The notes beneath the pieces are model-generated. The model made no database searches. It saw nothing but the letters and a program-made list of their open reading frames with translations, and was not told the origin of the DNA. 31,494 nt of DNA from a virus (taxonomy: Duplodnaviria; Caudoviricetes), in IMG/VR virus record IMGVR_UViG_3300033406_000032, positions 1 through 31,494 of that record; one strand, 5' to 3'. The first letter of the stretch is position 1. Each line of letters begins with the position of its first letter. Positions 1 to 10,340 of this stretch are shown one piece after another. The position numbers and the translations under genes were made by a program.

Positions 1-13
1 CTGCAAACCTCTA

Positions 14-691
14 TTACACAGTAGCAAGAACCCTTGCTACTGTGAAATAGAGGTTTGCAGTACCTTCGGTCAGGCTGTCTGTTGTGCCTGGCGAGGAGTC
101 ATAGCTGATATAAGCCGTACCAGACCAACGCCACTGTTTTGGGGGTGTCGTATCCGTAGTGACATATATTTTCCCCGATTCTCCCGTGGTGGGTAGCGCG
201 GAAGAACTTGCGTACTCCACAACATCATCCACATAACTGGGTAAGTATGTCGAAGCGATTAAACTGTCGGCCCCCAAAGGACAAATGCCGCTGGCCGCGC
301 CCTTTTCTGCCGAGTCAATCTTAGCGGCCAATGTTGTAGCAAGGTCAGTAATCGCGCTGATCGGGTGAGCTTCGGCAGTGTCCCTGCCGGTCAACTCGTT
401 ATGAACCGTTACGCCACTGCCGCTGCCGGAGGACTGAGCTACCCAGTTTCGAACTCCGGCCACGGTAGACGCCAAAACCATCCCGTCAACAGTTGGATTT
501 CCCAGCGCGGCTTCCTTGCCGCTTACGGCTGTTTGCAATGCGGTGACATTGGTTTCTACTGCTGATTTTGCTTCGTCTAAAACAATGAACTCCGCTTCGA
601 TGATATCCGTATTGGTATTCAAGGAATCCCGGCTTACCAAGTCTGTGCTATCAAATTTTACAAGTTTGAATTTTGTTGTTGTCGTTGCCAA
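14..691 (-). CDS. Short tail fibre / fibre-associated virion protein
   Basis: TTG start after RBS GAAGGAG; Thr/Ala-rich; HNELTGRD...HPISAITDL, LPSYVDDVVEY...LPTTGESGKIY and EGTANLYFT motifs typical of phage fibre proteins; follows tail tip gene. Confidence 0.7.
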   Translation of the reverse strand: MATTTTKFKLVKFDSTDLVSRDSLNTNTDIIEAEFIVLDEAKSAVETNVTALQTAVSGKEAALGNPTVDGMVLASTVAGVRNWVAQSSGSGSGVTVHNELTGRDTAEAHPISAITDLATTLAAKIDSAEKGAASGICPLGADSLIASTYLPSYVDDVVEYASSSALPTTGESGKIYVTTDTTPPKQWRWSGTAYISYDSSPGTTDSLTEGTANLYFTVARVLATV

Positions 692-708
692 ATTCTCATC
701 TCCTTCCG

Positions 709-3700
709 TTAAATAGCGGGTGTAGTAATTCGATTAAACAAAGTTCCATCAAATTGATAAGCCACTAAATTTCCCGGCTCGTCGGGGCTCATATAGGACA
801 GGACAATATAGCCGCTTGCCAGCGTCACAATGTCGTATGTGCCTGCGCCGGTAATTGCCAGGGCCGTTCCGTTCGGCGCTACCCAAGAGCCGTCCTGCGC
901 CAAAATAGAGCCTGTTTGGTATTCCGTGTATTTTGCGCCAAGAATAATGAGCGGCATGGACGCGATAGGGATAGTCTGGTTTAGCGTTGTGTCGCTAAAA
1001 GACACTACTGCGCCTTCCGCCGTATAAATGCTTGCCAGCAAGGTTTTAGCATCGTCTTCTGTAGCGCAAGCGTCCACAATATAGGGCGGTTTCCATTCAA
1101 ACGTCCGACTGTGGCTTTGGTAGGACTCCAAGCTGTCTAGCATCGCGCCTATCGTGATCGTTGTTTCTGTCACAAAATCCGTGCTTGCCAAGCAGCGCTG
1201 CGCCCATGTGTAGCTGCCTGTTGTCGGCGTAGTCGGCAAAACCGACACTGCCTCTTCCGCAGCCGTTTGCGACAGAATTTCCTCATGAATCAATGTTGCG
1301 CCAAGATAAGCCCGAATAACTGTTTGCAAACCTGTGGGAGCTATAATGGTTTGTCCGTCATAGTACCCAACCGTATCATCCTGGGAAACACAGCCGTAGG
1401 AACCTGCTTTATTGCGAATCGCCCAGGACAAAGACACATCGCCGGCTGCTTTTGTCAGTCGGGACACGGCAGAATATAAATGGCTGGTCATGCGAATTCT
1501 TCCCGGAGGGTTAGGCCGTTCGGAACGTCGAGCCGTTGCCAGCACCACGGCTTTGGATTCGTCGAACGTTTCTTCACTGGTAGCTGTGGCCGTAGTGATG
1601 TTGTATTTCTCGCTGACCGTCGATCCTGCAGCGCACACCGGTCCGCCTGTAGTTACGTTGGCATAGTAGCTATTTTCAATGAAATACGCGGTTGCTCCCG
1701 CCACATGCGCAGCAGGCACTGTATCGTGCACAGCCCGGATGATATGTGAAAGACGGAAATTCCCGTTAGCCAGCTGTGTTATTGTTCCCCAGCCCATTAA
1801 TTCATTATCAACCATAATAAGCCGTGACCCGTTGCGGGCTAAGGCTATACCTGACTCCGAACTTCGAGAAACTAAATCAAGAAGACCGCCCAAATTAATT
1901 AAGTCAAACCCTGTGACATCTTCCGCATCGCCATCAACAGCGATAGACCCTACAATATGCCCTGTCGGCGTCCATTTAGTCATTGCGTTGGTCTTGACCC
2001 AAGACAAATCCCGGTAGCGCCACAAGTTCCATTTTGCAGTAAGGCTGTCCGGAACGGCTGCAACACCATAAACATAGGATTCTTTGGATTGACGAAGCTC
2101 CCATGGGGCTTCGAAATACCGGAAGGATTGAACCCCTGTCGGGTACGTGGAAGGTTTCGTCCAGGAAGTACTATCGTTTGCACCGTATGTGGTATTCCCA
2201 ACGCCGAAAATATCTTCGACAGCTTCAAGCGTGATTTCTCCGGTAACGAAATCGCCAAGGTCGATATCTGTTACCCTCATTACCATTTCGCTGATTCCAT
2301 AAGGCTCCCAGGTAAGTTTAAATACATCCCCCTGTCTGTAGGCATAAGCTTTACGGTTACATACCAACGTAACCGCCGCCAAGGGGAAGCCTTTTTCTTT
2401 TAGCTCACGGTTTGCTGCCCAAGCTGCATTTTTCGACGTTGTAAAATAAGTAAAATCAACATCTGTTGAATTGCGGTCGCCGTTGTTTGCCAAAATAACG
2501 GCAGGATCACTGTTTGTTACAGTGCTTTCCCCGTATAAAGCGGCGCTGTCGGAATACTTGGCAACAACTTCCCCGTTAGAGCTTGACCAGGTTATACGGG
2601 AATATTTAATGGACTTCACCATTGATTTGGTGATCACCGGCAAGCTGTCCGTGTCATAGTCAGCCCGTATGAGCTTGAATACCATTTTTCCGGTTGTTGG
2701 TTCCGGATACCGGATCATATCCAGATGGTCACATAAATTATTAATTACTGTTTGAATCTTTGTCCGGCTGGTGAGCTTGATGGATACCCCAAGGCCTTCA
2801 GTTGCCAGCGTTTTGCCGCAGGCAATCAGCGAGTCAACGTTTACTATAGCGGGGTCTTTACCCAGCCCCCATTCGTTATTCACGATCATTTCGTAAATTG
2901 CTTCAGCCGGGTTTGCGTCGTTATCACCGATACCGCCAAGACCCAACCGATTAGGAATGAATTGAACATCGACCCATGTAGTGGGCACCGAAGCGTTTTT
3001 TCCGACATAGGCAACCGGCACCACCAAAGAAACAAACGGGCGATATGCCGGAATAAGACCGCGCAAGTTTTCCGCAATGCTGGATACCTGCGTTTGCGCT
3101 ACCATCCAAGAATCGGCTGGCTGTGTTGGGCCGCCCATATATAGCCGAACATCGCCGACAAACCCGCCGGACTCATCCGCACCGCCGAACAAATCTTCGT
3201 TATCTATGCTTACGGTGTACCCGCTCGGGTAGGCATCGCGGGACGCATCACCCGTCCAAGCCGCTTCGTTGTCGCAAGCGTCTGGATTCAAGTACAAACC
3301 CCGGACTCTAATTCCAGCCCCGGACAAGCACACCAGCATTTGATAGCCTAGATAGTATTTAAAGCCCTTTTGCATGGTGGTTTTTAGCATACGCCCATTG
3401 ATCAACCAGCTAAGCAGCCACATAATGAGCATATTTAATACGATAGGTCCTATCTGCTCTTTGTTCGTGGCAGGCGCAGGCCCGCCTTGCGGCGGGTGAG
3501 TATGCACATGGACCAGTCCGGAAATTGCAGTAGCTGCCCAAATAGCCAACGCGGAAAGGATAATCGACCAAGCATTAAAGCTTGAATGCGCCGAATACGT
3601 TTCTGTATAAGGCTCTGAACTAAAACCCCCGTAGTATATGGTCAGCGGCTGCTTAATGATAGAGCGGCCAATTACAAGCGGCACAGCCGTTCCCAGCGTG

Positions 3701-3819
3701 GCCGTTTCCGCTCCAAGCTCCGAGGGGTCCGCATCTTCCGTGTCGCTGCTTAAGGCCTGATTAACAAAATAGGATAGGAGGGTTGTTACGCCCCAGCCTA
3801 TCCATGGATTCAAAGCCAT
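709..3819 (-). CDS. Tail tip / central tail fibre-hub protein (Phage-tail_3 / GTA-like)
   Basis: 1036 aa after the DUF2163-like gene; DANPAEAIYE...WGLG, LFGG...GG..G...Y.G...Q and GDVFKLTW...MRV motifs of siphophage tail-tip proteins. Confidence 0.85.
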   Translation of the reverse strand: MALNPWIGWGVTTLLSYFVNQALSSDTEDADPSELGAETATLGTAVPLVIGRSIIKQPLTIYYGGFSSEPYTETYSAHSSFNAWSIILSALAIWAATAISGLVHVHTHPPQGGPAPATNKEQIGPIVLNMLIMWLLSWLINGRMLKTTMQKGFKYYLGYQMLVCLSGAGIRVRGLYLNPDACDNEAAWTGDASRDAYPSGYTVSIDNEDLFGGADESGGFVGDVRLYMGGPTQPADSWMVAQTQVSSIAENLRGLIPAYRPFVSLVVPVAYVGKNASVPTTWVDVQFIPNRLGLGGIGDNDANPAEAIYEMIVNNEWGLGKDPAIVNVDSLIACGKTLATEGLGVSIKLTSRTKIQTVINNLCDHLDMIRYPEPTTGKMVFKLIRADYDTDSLPVITKSMVKSIKYSRITWSSSNGEVVAKYSDSAALYGESTVTNSDPAVILANNGDRNSTDVDFTYFTTSKNAAWAANRELKEKGFPLAAVTLVCNRKAYAYRQGDVFKLTWEPYGISEMVMRVTDIDLGDFVTGEITLEAVEDIFGVGNTTYGANDSTSWTKPSTYPTGVQSFRYFEAPWELRQSKESYVYGVAAVPDSLTAKWNLWRYRDLSWVKTNAMTKWTPTGHIVGSIAVDGDAEDVTGFDLINLGGLLDLVSRSSESGIALARNGSRLIMVDNELMGWGTITQLANGNFRLSHIIRAVHDTVPAAHVAGATAYFIENSYYANVTTGGPVCAAGSTVSEKYNITTATATSEETFDESKAVVLATARRSERPNPPGRIRMTSHLYSAVSRLTKAAGDVSLSWAIRNKAGSYGCVSQDDTVGYYDGQTIIAPTGLQTVIRAYLGATLIHEEILSQTAAEEAVSVLPTTPTTGSYTWAQRCLASTDFVTETTITIGAMLDSLESYQSHSRTFEWKPPYIVDACATEDDAKTLLASIYTAEGAVVSFSDTTLNQTIPIASMPLIILGAKYTEYQTGSILAQDGSWVAPNGTALAITGAGTYDIVTLASGYIVLSYMSPDEPGNLVAYQFDGTLFNRITTPAI

Positions 3820-3836
3820 ATTGAAGGCCCCCTTAT

Positions 3837-4733
3837 TTAAAGCGAAATTGTTCCTACATAACCATCTGTATCTCGCTGAACAACTGAAGAATCAACCCAG
3901 TAGACGCCATTGCCGACTTTTGAATCATCGGAAAACTCTGGCGGGCAGTACAGGCACCCGGTAAAGTTCAGCGTATTACCAAAGCGCAAGGCGCAGGTTT
4001 TGAAAAGCTGATCACAGCCCGGATAAATATTGACCGTTCCCATTGGGGTAGTAGTAAACGGGTAACGAAGTGTCAGCGTCGTGCCTGAATTGGCGCTGAT
4101 CATCCGTATGTTATCGTTCCAATAAAAAAGGCCTCCTGCGAAATAGTTTTCTTCATACGCAGCAAGGTCTGCCGAAGTTACGGTAAGCCCGTTTACCCCG
4201 TCAATATAGATTGATTTTACATAGTCTTCCTTACTAAGCCTACAAGACGCATCATAGATCACATTCCCGCAGAAAAACTGCCGCATAAAATTAGGTATCT
4301 TGCGGGTGAGCCAGTTTTCCAGTACGACTGTCAACGCGCAGCTTGAATCCTCAAATGCGGCTTGTGTGACCTCTCCGCTATAGTACTTGTCATATAAAGC
4401 GTGATCCTGCTCATGTAGCCGGTATATCGCGACTTTTACCGGAGAGTCGGGCGGTGCGCCTTTGAACAAAGCCGCTACAGCGTTGTCTTTGTCCACCGTA
4501 ATTGTGACTGAAGTAGAATCCCCGGCGCAGGAAGGCTTGACGTTGCTGCGCTTTATATAGGTCGCCGTGTATAGTTCCGAACTGACAACCCCGTTTGTAG
4601 TCCATTTTAGCGCTACGTCAAACCGGTCGGATGTGTAGAAGTAGGACGTATCCCCGTGAGTAAACTTGTAACATTCTTTGGGTTGCCCGTCCTGAGTTGA
4701 GTTTTCATAGGTTGTAATGTTAGAGTCAGCCAT
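3837..4733 (-). CDS. Tail hub protein, DUF2163/BR0599 family (lambda gpL-like, 4-Cys)
   Basis: C-x8-C (CGNVIYDASC) and YPGCD....TC..RFGN..NF.G signature; start at 4733 or 4742. Confidence 0.85.
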   Translation of the reverse strand: MADSNITTYENSTQDGQPKECYKFTHGDTSYFYTSDRFDVALKWTTNGVVSSELYTATYIKRSNVKPSCAGDSTSVTITVDKDNAVAALFKGAPPDSPVKVAIYRLHEQDHALYDKYYSGEVTQAAFEDSSCALTVVLENWLTRKIPNFMRQFFCGNVIYDASCRLSKEDYVKSIYIDGVNGLTVTSADLAAYEENYFAGGLFYWNDNIRMISANSGTTLTLRYPFTTTPMGTVNIYPGCDQLFKTCALRFGNTLNFTGCLYCPPEFSDDSKVGNGVYWVDSSVVQRDTDGYVGTISL

Positions 4734-4734
4734 A

Positions 4735-5955
4735 TTATGCATTTACCTCCGCAAACGACACTGCAGCTGAAGCCAGGCCCGTTGTGTCGTATTCCGTGGT
4801 TAGCTTGTCCGAGTCGAAACGGTATCGACATAAATACGAAGCCAACACAACATCAGACGCCTTCATTGCTTCAGTAAGCGCGCTATCTAAAAACACTTTG
4901 CCCATTGTTCCGTCCGTACTGGTCGCGTAGCCTCCAATAGGCAGTATCTTCACGCTACCGGATTTCAAAAAGAATATCGCAACCTTGCGGCGCGTCGTTT
5001 TAGCGTAATACTGCCAATAGAGAGGCCATTTCACATGTAGGTACGTTTGGCCTATTGGAGCGTCTTCCGCCAACACCAAATCATTCAACCATGTAGGCAT
5101 ATAAAACGACTTCAGGCGGCCTTTACAGCGGCAGAAAAACCGCTGAAAATTATTGATCTCCGTTTTTGACGACAAAACATATTCAATATCTCGATTCTCC
5201 GATGCATATTCACTTTTTAAGTCGAATTTTACTATTCCGGATTCGTTATCAAGCGTATTGGCGTTTCGGGTAATACTGGCAGAAAGATCATCAACCCAAG
5301 ACGGCGCTAATGGGAAAATATCCACTCCTTTGTAAGATGAAGGCAGCGCCTCTTGATACGGTGTTTTTCTGCCCCAGACTTCGAAAGTATCTTCATTTAA
5401 CCCGGCAGGAATCGACGTAGAAGAAAAATCGTCCAACAGTTCGGCGTTCAGCTGCATCGACAGGTAGGCGGATGTTAGTATTGAATAGTCCGTCGTGGAT
5501 TTCAAATACCCATACGATACAGGACATACCAGCGTTGTCTGTCGCGGATAAGCGAGTTCAAGTTGTTCAGTCAGCTTTAAGTTGCCGGTAGCGTTTAATG
5601 CCCCCAAGAAATAGCGTTCGCCGCCCTCCTGGTCATTGTGCCAAAACATTAATCCGCTGCAACCTCGAAAAGGCCAAACGTCTGAAGGATCAACCATTAC
5701 GTGAGTCAAGCTAACCGCTGCGTCTTCTGTCAGCTTACAAGCAGCGTGCCATAAAGGAATTTCAATTTGTTCATTTTGCTTTGCATAGGATAGCGCCCGT
5801 AAATACTGGCTTTGCGCCGGAGTCATGCCGTAATAGTCATACGATATGGCGCGGCGCGGATAGGTTCGAATGGCCGCCCGTTGTTCAGTGTTGTCCCAAG
5901 CAGTATGTATCTGCGTTTTGTATTCCAGCGTTTCGACTATTGTTGTTTCAGCCAT
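4735..5955 (-). CDS. Distal tail (Dit-like) virion structural protein
   Basis: E.LEYKT......EQR...R.YPRR N-terminus and GR.KSFY.PTW..D motif; start moved to ATG 5955 behind RBS AGGTGGTG. Confidence 0.7.
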   Translation of the reverse strand: MAETTIVETLEYKTQIHTAWDNTEQRAAIRTYPRRAISYDYYGMTPAQSQYLRALSYAKQNEQIEIPLWHAACKLTEDAAVSLTHVMVDPSDVWPFRGCSGLMFWHNDQEGGERYFLGALNATGNLKLTEQLELAYPRQTTLVCPVSYGYLKSTTDYSILTSAYLSMQLNAELLDDFSSTSIPAGLNEDTFEVWGRKTPYQEALPSSYKGVDIFPLAPSWVDDLSASITRNANTLDNESGIVKFDLKSEYASENRDIEYVLSSKTEINNFQRFFCRCKGRLKSFYMPTWLNDLVLAEDAPIGQTYLHVKWPLYWQYYAKTTRRKVAIFFLKSGSVKILPIGGYATSTDGTMGKVFLDSALTEAMKASDVVLASYLCRYRFDSDKLTTEYDTTGLASAAVSFAEVNA

Positions 5956-5959
5956 GCCA

Positions 5960-6886
5960 TCACCACCTAGGCGACAGGTCAAAAATACGCCTGTCAACCG
6001 TTGTAATTCGGGTTACGTTGAAGTACCAACGGAAAATTTCGTAAAGCATCCAAGGCTCATACACTATACGGCTTTCTCCTGCCGATAGTTTGCTTTGGGC
6101 AAACAGCGCTATCATTAAGTAGCTATAGGAGCTTACCATCAAAGAGGCTTTGTCTGCACGGGTTCGCGTTCCTTCGTGTGAAGAGCCGCCGCCCTGCAGG
6201 TAGTGTGAACGGGGAACAGTCGCCTGCAGCAAACCACCCGCCTCGCTCAATAAGATTGAAAAAACAAGAATATCGCCAAGGAAAGCCGTGTTTGTTGTGA
6301 TTTCGACTGTGCCATCATCGGCGGTATAGTCGCTATTGCCGGAGTATCCGGAATAGGAAAGTCGGTTGAAAATAGCGTGTTGCGTCCCAATCGCAAGATA
6401 GGCAGAACTATTATGATCATAAGCTTGCTTCGCCCCTGCCCGGCTGCGATTCGCTTTAAGGCCGCGCGGAAAAGCAAGTACCGTTGTTGTGTCTGTCGTT
6501 GAAACCGCATTAATCATTAGGCTAAATTGAGCACTTTCCAAAACAGCCCATGAGACGCCAAGACCGGAAATAGTGGTAACATCCGTGTAGGCAGTGGCCA
6601 CGCCTACCGCGTCAGTTACTACAAAAACACCGGTTGAAACATTCCATACATACGTCCAGCCGGTCTCTGGTTCTGCATAGCGAAGCGTTGTACTATCGCC
6701 CCAGGCCACCCCCAGCGCCTCAAATGTATCCCAGAAAAGCGTTTGGCTTTGTGCTACTATCGTCGAAGTTTTGTCCAACAGAAAAAGGCGCAGCGGGTTT
6801 AGCGCCTCACTGCGTCCACTAAGAGAAGAGCTGACACGACCAAAAGCGGCTAAGCTTTGATACATTAGGGAGTTTAAACTTGCCAT
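5960..6886 (-). CDS. Putative tail-associated structural protein
   Basis: 308-aa ORF filling the gap in the tail operon; RBS GAAGGG. Confidence 0.6.
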   Translation of the reverse strand: MASLNSLMYQSLAAFGRVSSSLSGRSEALNPLRLFLLDKTSTIVAQSQTLFWDTFEALGVAWGDSTTLRYAEPETGWTYVWNVSTGVFVVTDAVGVATAYTDVTTISGLGVSWAVLESAQFSLMINAVSTTDTTTVLAFPRGLKANRSRAGAKQAYDHNSSAYLAIGTQHAIFNRLSYSGYSGNSDYTADDGTVEITTNTAFLGDILVFSILLSEAGGLLQATVPRSHYLQGGGSSHEGTRTRADKASLMVSSYSYLMIALFAQSKLSAGESRIVYEPWMLYEIFRWYFNVTRITTVDRRIFDLSPRW

Positions 6887-6904
6887 TAGCAGCCCTTCTT
6901 TCCG

Positions 6905-7990
6905 CTATTGCTTAATCGCCAGCCCATCATACCCGAAAACGCCGCCCCGGCTGGTATGCGGGAAGGCTTGATATAAATTGCCGGAAGCGGGGTAATTGAT
7001 GTCATATGTTGAGCCCGGCGACACGTTCCGCATCGATATGAAGTACAGTCCCGATACATATCCGCACTGACTAAAGTTTGCAAGCCCGTCCGGATCACGA
7101 AGCACGTACACTGCAATCGGAAGATTCACTGATATGCAATTCAGCGTATTCACGTTTCTTCCGGTGTCTGTCGAGCTTTGCGACTGCAAATAACGATAGT
7201 GCGGTATTTTAGGCACCCATGTTGTTGCAAGCACACCCGCGCCAACTACAGGAAGCGCCAGACGTTTTCCGGTGTATCCTGCGTCTGCGGTTGCGGTTGC
7301 AGGCCCCGCACTTGCCCAAAGAACTTCCGGAGTCCGGTTCGGCGCTGCGTCGATATTAGCCCGCAGGAAAGTATTTGCCTTTAAGTTCATGCTAAAGAGA
7401 TGATAGCTTGCTGAGTCAACAACAGAAGCCGTTAAGGACGCCGGGAACATATTCGCGCTGTTTCGACTCGCACTGTAAATTGTGCCTCCGGTCCATGACC
7501 CCGTTTTGTATATTTCCCCAACTGCCATATGCTGAAATACTCCGGCAAAGACTTCGACAGAGATCACAATGATTTCAGCGGGATCTGAGATATGATTAAA
7601 ATAAACGTTCATAGCCGTAGCCGCTTGAAGAGGAATGCCTACGCCAATCACTTCACCGGTGGTTAGCTGAGTCGCCCCTGTCTGGTCATACCAAAGGCCA
7701 CTTGCAGGGGCTTCTGTATAGGCTGTTGAACACATAAGCCCCAATCCGTACAGAGAGCCCAAAATTGTATGGGTAGGGAAAATTTTCTTGCCGCTTGCTG
7801 CGCGAAAATGCGCGAACGTACTTGCTGACGGGCTTTTAATTACCAATCGTTTGCCGTCTGTGGTCGCGGTTCCGTCAATCGGTAAATCGTCGCCCTCGTA
7901 CAATACCGTCCAACCACTTGCAACTGCGAAAACTGAAAGGGCTGTGATTAACTCATTAGGGCTGGACACAGAAACTTTAGAATACGCCAC
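6905..7990 (-). CDS. Virion tail structural protein (related gene 3 of 3)
   Basis: MAY.K.S.SS..ELI.AL..FA...GW N-terminus shared with the two upstream genes; strong RBS GGAGG. Confidence 0.75.
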   Translation of the reverse strand: MAYSKVSVSSPNELITALSVFAVASGWTVLYEGDDLPIDGTATTDGKRLVIKSPSASTFAHFRAASGKKIFPTHTILGSLYGLGLMCSTAYTEAPASGLWYDQTGATQLTTGEVIGVGIPLQAATAMNVYFNHISDPAEIIVISVEVFAGVFQHMAVGEIYKTGSWTGGTIYSASRNSANMFPASLTASVVDSASYHLFSMNLKANTFLRANIDAAPNRTPEVLWASAGPATATADAGYTGKRLALPVVGAGVLATTWVPKIPHYRYLQSQSSTDTGRNVNTLNCISVNLPIAVYVLRDPDGLANFSQCGYVSGLYFISMRNVSPGSTYDINYPASGNLYQAFPHTSRGGVFGYDGLAIKQ

Positions 7991-7992
7991 TG

Positions 7993-9360
7993 CTATTCCT
8001 CCAATCTAATCAGCATTCGAAATTGCTTTCCATAAGCTATAAGGCTTTTATATGCGGCTAATGCAGAATCTGCCGTAGTCGGTACAAGCGTGCTGTCCGG
8101 AACATACCAGAGCCGGTCTTCCCAACAATCCGGTATTAACAAGCACGCCTTTGCGTTAATGGTGATTTCTCCGAAAGGCTGCGAAGCACCCGGCCAATAC
8201 ATGCGCCATAGGGAACCTAGCAAGTTTGTATTCGTTGACCCTTCTACCAGTTGAAGCGGCTCCATCAGCACCGCATCTTCACTAGCTAAGCCTGTGCTGA
8301 CATTTAGCAAATCCGAATACGTTGGCTTAATCGCATAAGCCGGGGCGCTGCTTCGAACCGGAGGCCCCGGCAAATACCGTGAAGTACCATACGTTGCTAA
8401 GGCCTGCGTCCAGTTGCCGAAAAAGGCCCAAGTGCCGTCCGCCAAACATAGCCCCACCTGCGAAGTGTTTGCAGACGCGCCAAATGTTGCAGAGCAAGGC
8501 AATCGTCGCGAGTTTGAATAGTTCGAATAGCTAAACCGCAACTTTGATCCTTTTACAACAGCAGAGTTTATGGTTGTCGTTGTCGTAGTCAGCCCTGTGC
8601 AGGTTCCCGCTACCACTGCCGGAAAAGGGTACTGCATGTTACTCTGAAACGGAATCAACATGCCTGCGTGACCCATATCCCACTGCCCGGCGTTGTTTGT
8701 TACTACCGTAATATGGTTTGCATCTTTCGTCAGCCAGTAGGAAAAATAGCCGTCAGCCGGTTCGGCTGCGGGGAACGCTATTCCAGGGTAGCCGACGCCG
8801 GGGTATATTGGCGCCGTCTTTTTTGTTGTGGTTTCTGTTGCAGAGGAATACACAGTGATAGGCATAGCACCTAAATCACCAAATTCAATAGCGCCAGGTT
8901 GCTCGTCCCAATCAAGCGCCTCTGCGTAGTCTTTAAAAACTCCAAACACCAGCATCGTGCCGTTGTCTGTTGCGTTTTCAAGAAAGCCGAAGGTGTAAGT
9001 AGTTCTTGCTGTCGCGCTTGAGTAAATTTGAATTGTGCCAGAGCCTTCCGTATGTACAAAAGTAGTCCCCGGAAGGTTCAATCCTTTAGAGGACCAGACT
9101 AAGTGCTTCCCGACATTTTTTGTGGTCAGCAGCCAATTTTTATAAGAAGAACCTACCGTAATGTCCAAGAGCATAAGCCCGATATAGCAAGTATTTTCGC
9201 CATTCAGTCCTTTTGCTTTGAAAATAGTGCCTCTTGGCCAGGCTTCGTTTCGCATCAACGTCCAAGCGTCTGTTCCGTGAATAGTTGTATCTGTGGCCCA
9301 TATCGCTATTTTTGAAAGAAGATCGTCAAGACTCGACGCTGTACTTTTTACATAGGGCAT
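7993..9360 (-). CDS. Virion tail structural protein (related gene 2 of 3)
   Basis: MPY.K.TASS..DLL; W.EQPGAI and QYPFPAVVAG motifs shared with 9374..10270. Confidence 0.75.
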   Translation of the reverse strand: MPYVKSTASSLDDLLSKIAIWATDTTIHGTDAWTLMRNEAWPRGTIFKAKGLNGENTCYIGLMLLDITVGSSYKNWLLTTKNVGKHLVWSSKGLNLPGTTFVHTEGSGTIQIYSSATARTTYTFGFLENATDNGTMLVFGVFKDYAEALDWDEQPGAIEFGDLGAMPITVYSSATETTTKKTAPIYPGVGYPGIAFPAAEPADGYFSYWLTKDANHITVVTNNAGQWDMGHAGMLIPFQSNMQYPFPAVVAGTCTGLTTTTTTINSAVVKGSKLRFSYSNYSNSRRLPCSATFGASANTSQVGLCLADGTWAFFGNWTQALATYGTSRYLPGPPVRSSAPAYAIKPTYSDLLNVSTGLASEDAVLMEPLQLVEGSTNTNLLGSLWRMYWPGASQPFGEITINAKACLLIPDCWEDRLWYVPDSTLVPTTADSALAAYKSLIAYGKQFRMLIRLEE

Positions 9361-9373
9361 AAAACCTGCCCCC

Positions 9374-10270
9374 TTAAAACCAAGCTATGGCAAAATAGGA
9401 ATTCGTATCACGCCGGTATACATTGGCAAACACTTTATAGGATTGATCGTTATAAACAATGTTGTCTTTAACGGCCAAATCTTCCCGGTTTCCTATCCAA
9501 AAAATCCCTGCAAGCTGACCGATTAAACCTACCGGCAAAGTTTCATACAGCAAAAACGGGTACATGATTACGTTTTCCAATGTCAGCACATCATCGAACA
9601 CTGTTAGCGTGTTCACCGGAGAAATGTTTGTAGGCCATACATTTAAAGCGTCAAGCGTACCACTAGTGCCAATTCGCCAAGACCCGTCAGGACGACGAAT
9701 ACAAAGAGAAGAGACTGTTCCCGCGCCTGGGGCCACAAATACACTGTGTGACGCGCCTGTGTCTGTCCAAAGCCCTCCTTCGTAATAACTGCCTGCGACT
9801 ACCAGCGGATATGGGTATTGGTTTTCAATGGCTACCGGTTCCATCAAGCCTAAATACATAGCTTCATATTGTGTGGATAGCTCCACCACAAGAATGAACC
9901 GGCTAGGAGTAGCACTGAGCCAGTAAGTCATATATGTATCCGATACAAGGGGTAGTGTCGGTAATTTGCTAACTGTGATAGCTCCCGGCTGTTCTCTCCA
10001 TCCAAGCCCTGCGTCGTACCCGGCATAGCCATTCAGAACGATATCCACCTGCCCGGTAGTTGACGTGACAAGCTGCATGCCTACATAAATCTCGTCGCTA
10101 CCATCACCAACGCCCTTTAAAATGCATTCGGTTGTTATAGCGGATACACTAGCAGGCGAAACAAGCACCCACGCAAGGCCTGCGCCAAAGTTAGCCGCAG
10201 TAGTAAGGAAAGTTACAACCCCCTGCAGAAGTGCGAGGGGGCTGCTGGCGGAACTGTTTAAGACTGCCAT
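9374..10270 (-). CDS. Virion tail structural protein (related gene 1 of 3)
   Basis: WREQPGAI, QYPYPLVVAG and RRPDGSW motifs; RBS AAGGAGG. Confidence 0.75.
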   Translation of the reverse strand: MAVLNSSASSPLALLQGVVTFLTTAANFGAGLAWVLVSPASVSAITTECILKGVGDGSDEIYVGMQLVTSTTGQVDIVLNGYAGYDAGLGWREQPGAITVSKLPTLPLVSDTYMTYWLSATPSRFILVVELSTQYEAMYLGLMEPVAIENQYPYPLVVAGSYYEGGLWTDTGASHSVFVAPGAGTVSSLCIRRPDGSWRIGTSGTLDALNVWPTNISPVNTLTVFDDVLTLENVIMYPFLLYETLPVGLIGQLAGIFWIGNREDLAVKDNIVYNDQSYKVFANVYRRDTNSYFAIAWF

Positions 10271-10297
10271 TGATAGGCCTCCTTTATTGAATTTTAG

Positions 10298-10326
10298 GCA
10301 TAAGAAAACCCCGGACGAGCCGGGGT
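10298..10326 (-). terminator. Intrinsic terminator closing the exported-protein moron
   Basis: ACCCCGG-ctcgt-CCGGGGT stem followed by TTTCTTATGC on the minus strand. Confidence 0.85.
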
Positions 10327-10340
10327 ATGGAAAGGTAGTT

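Noticed and set aside
1-60. Possible premature truncation of the fibre gene
   Set aside because: The stop is followed by an RBS-like GAGGT, suggesting a normal next gene; cannot be judged at the window edge
14-3819. DGR target or invertible tail-fibre cassette
   Set aside because: No reverse transcriptase, recombinase, or duplicated/inverted fibre segment seen within the window
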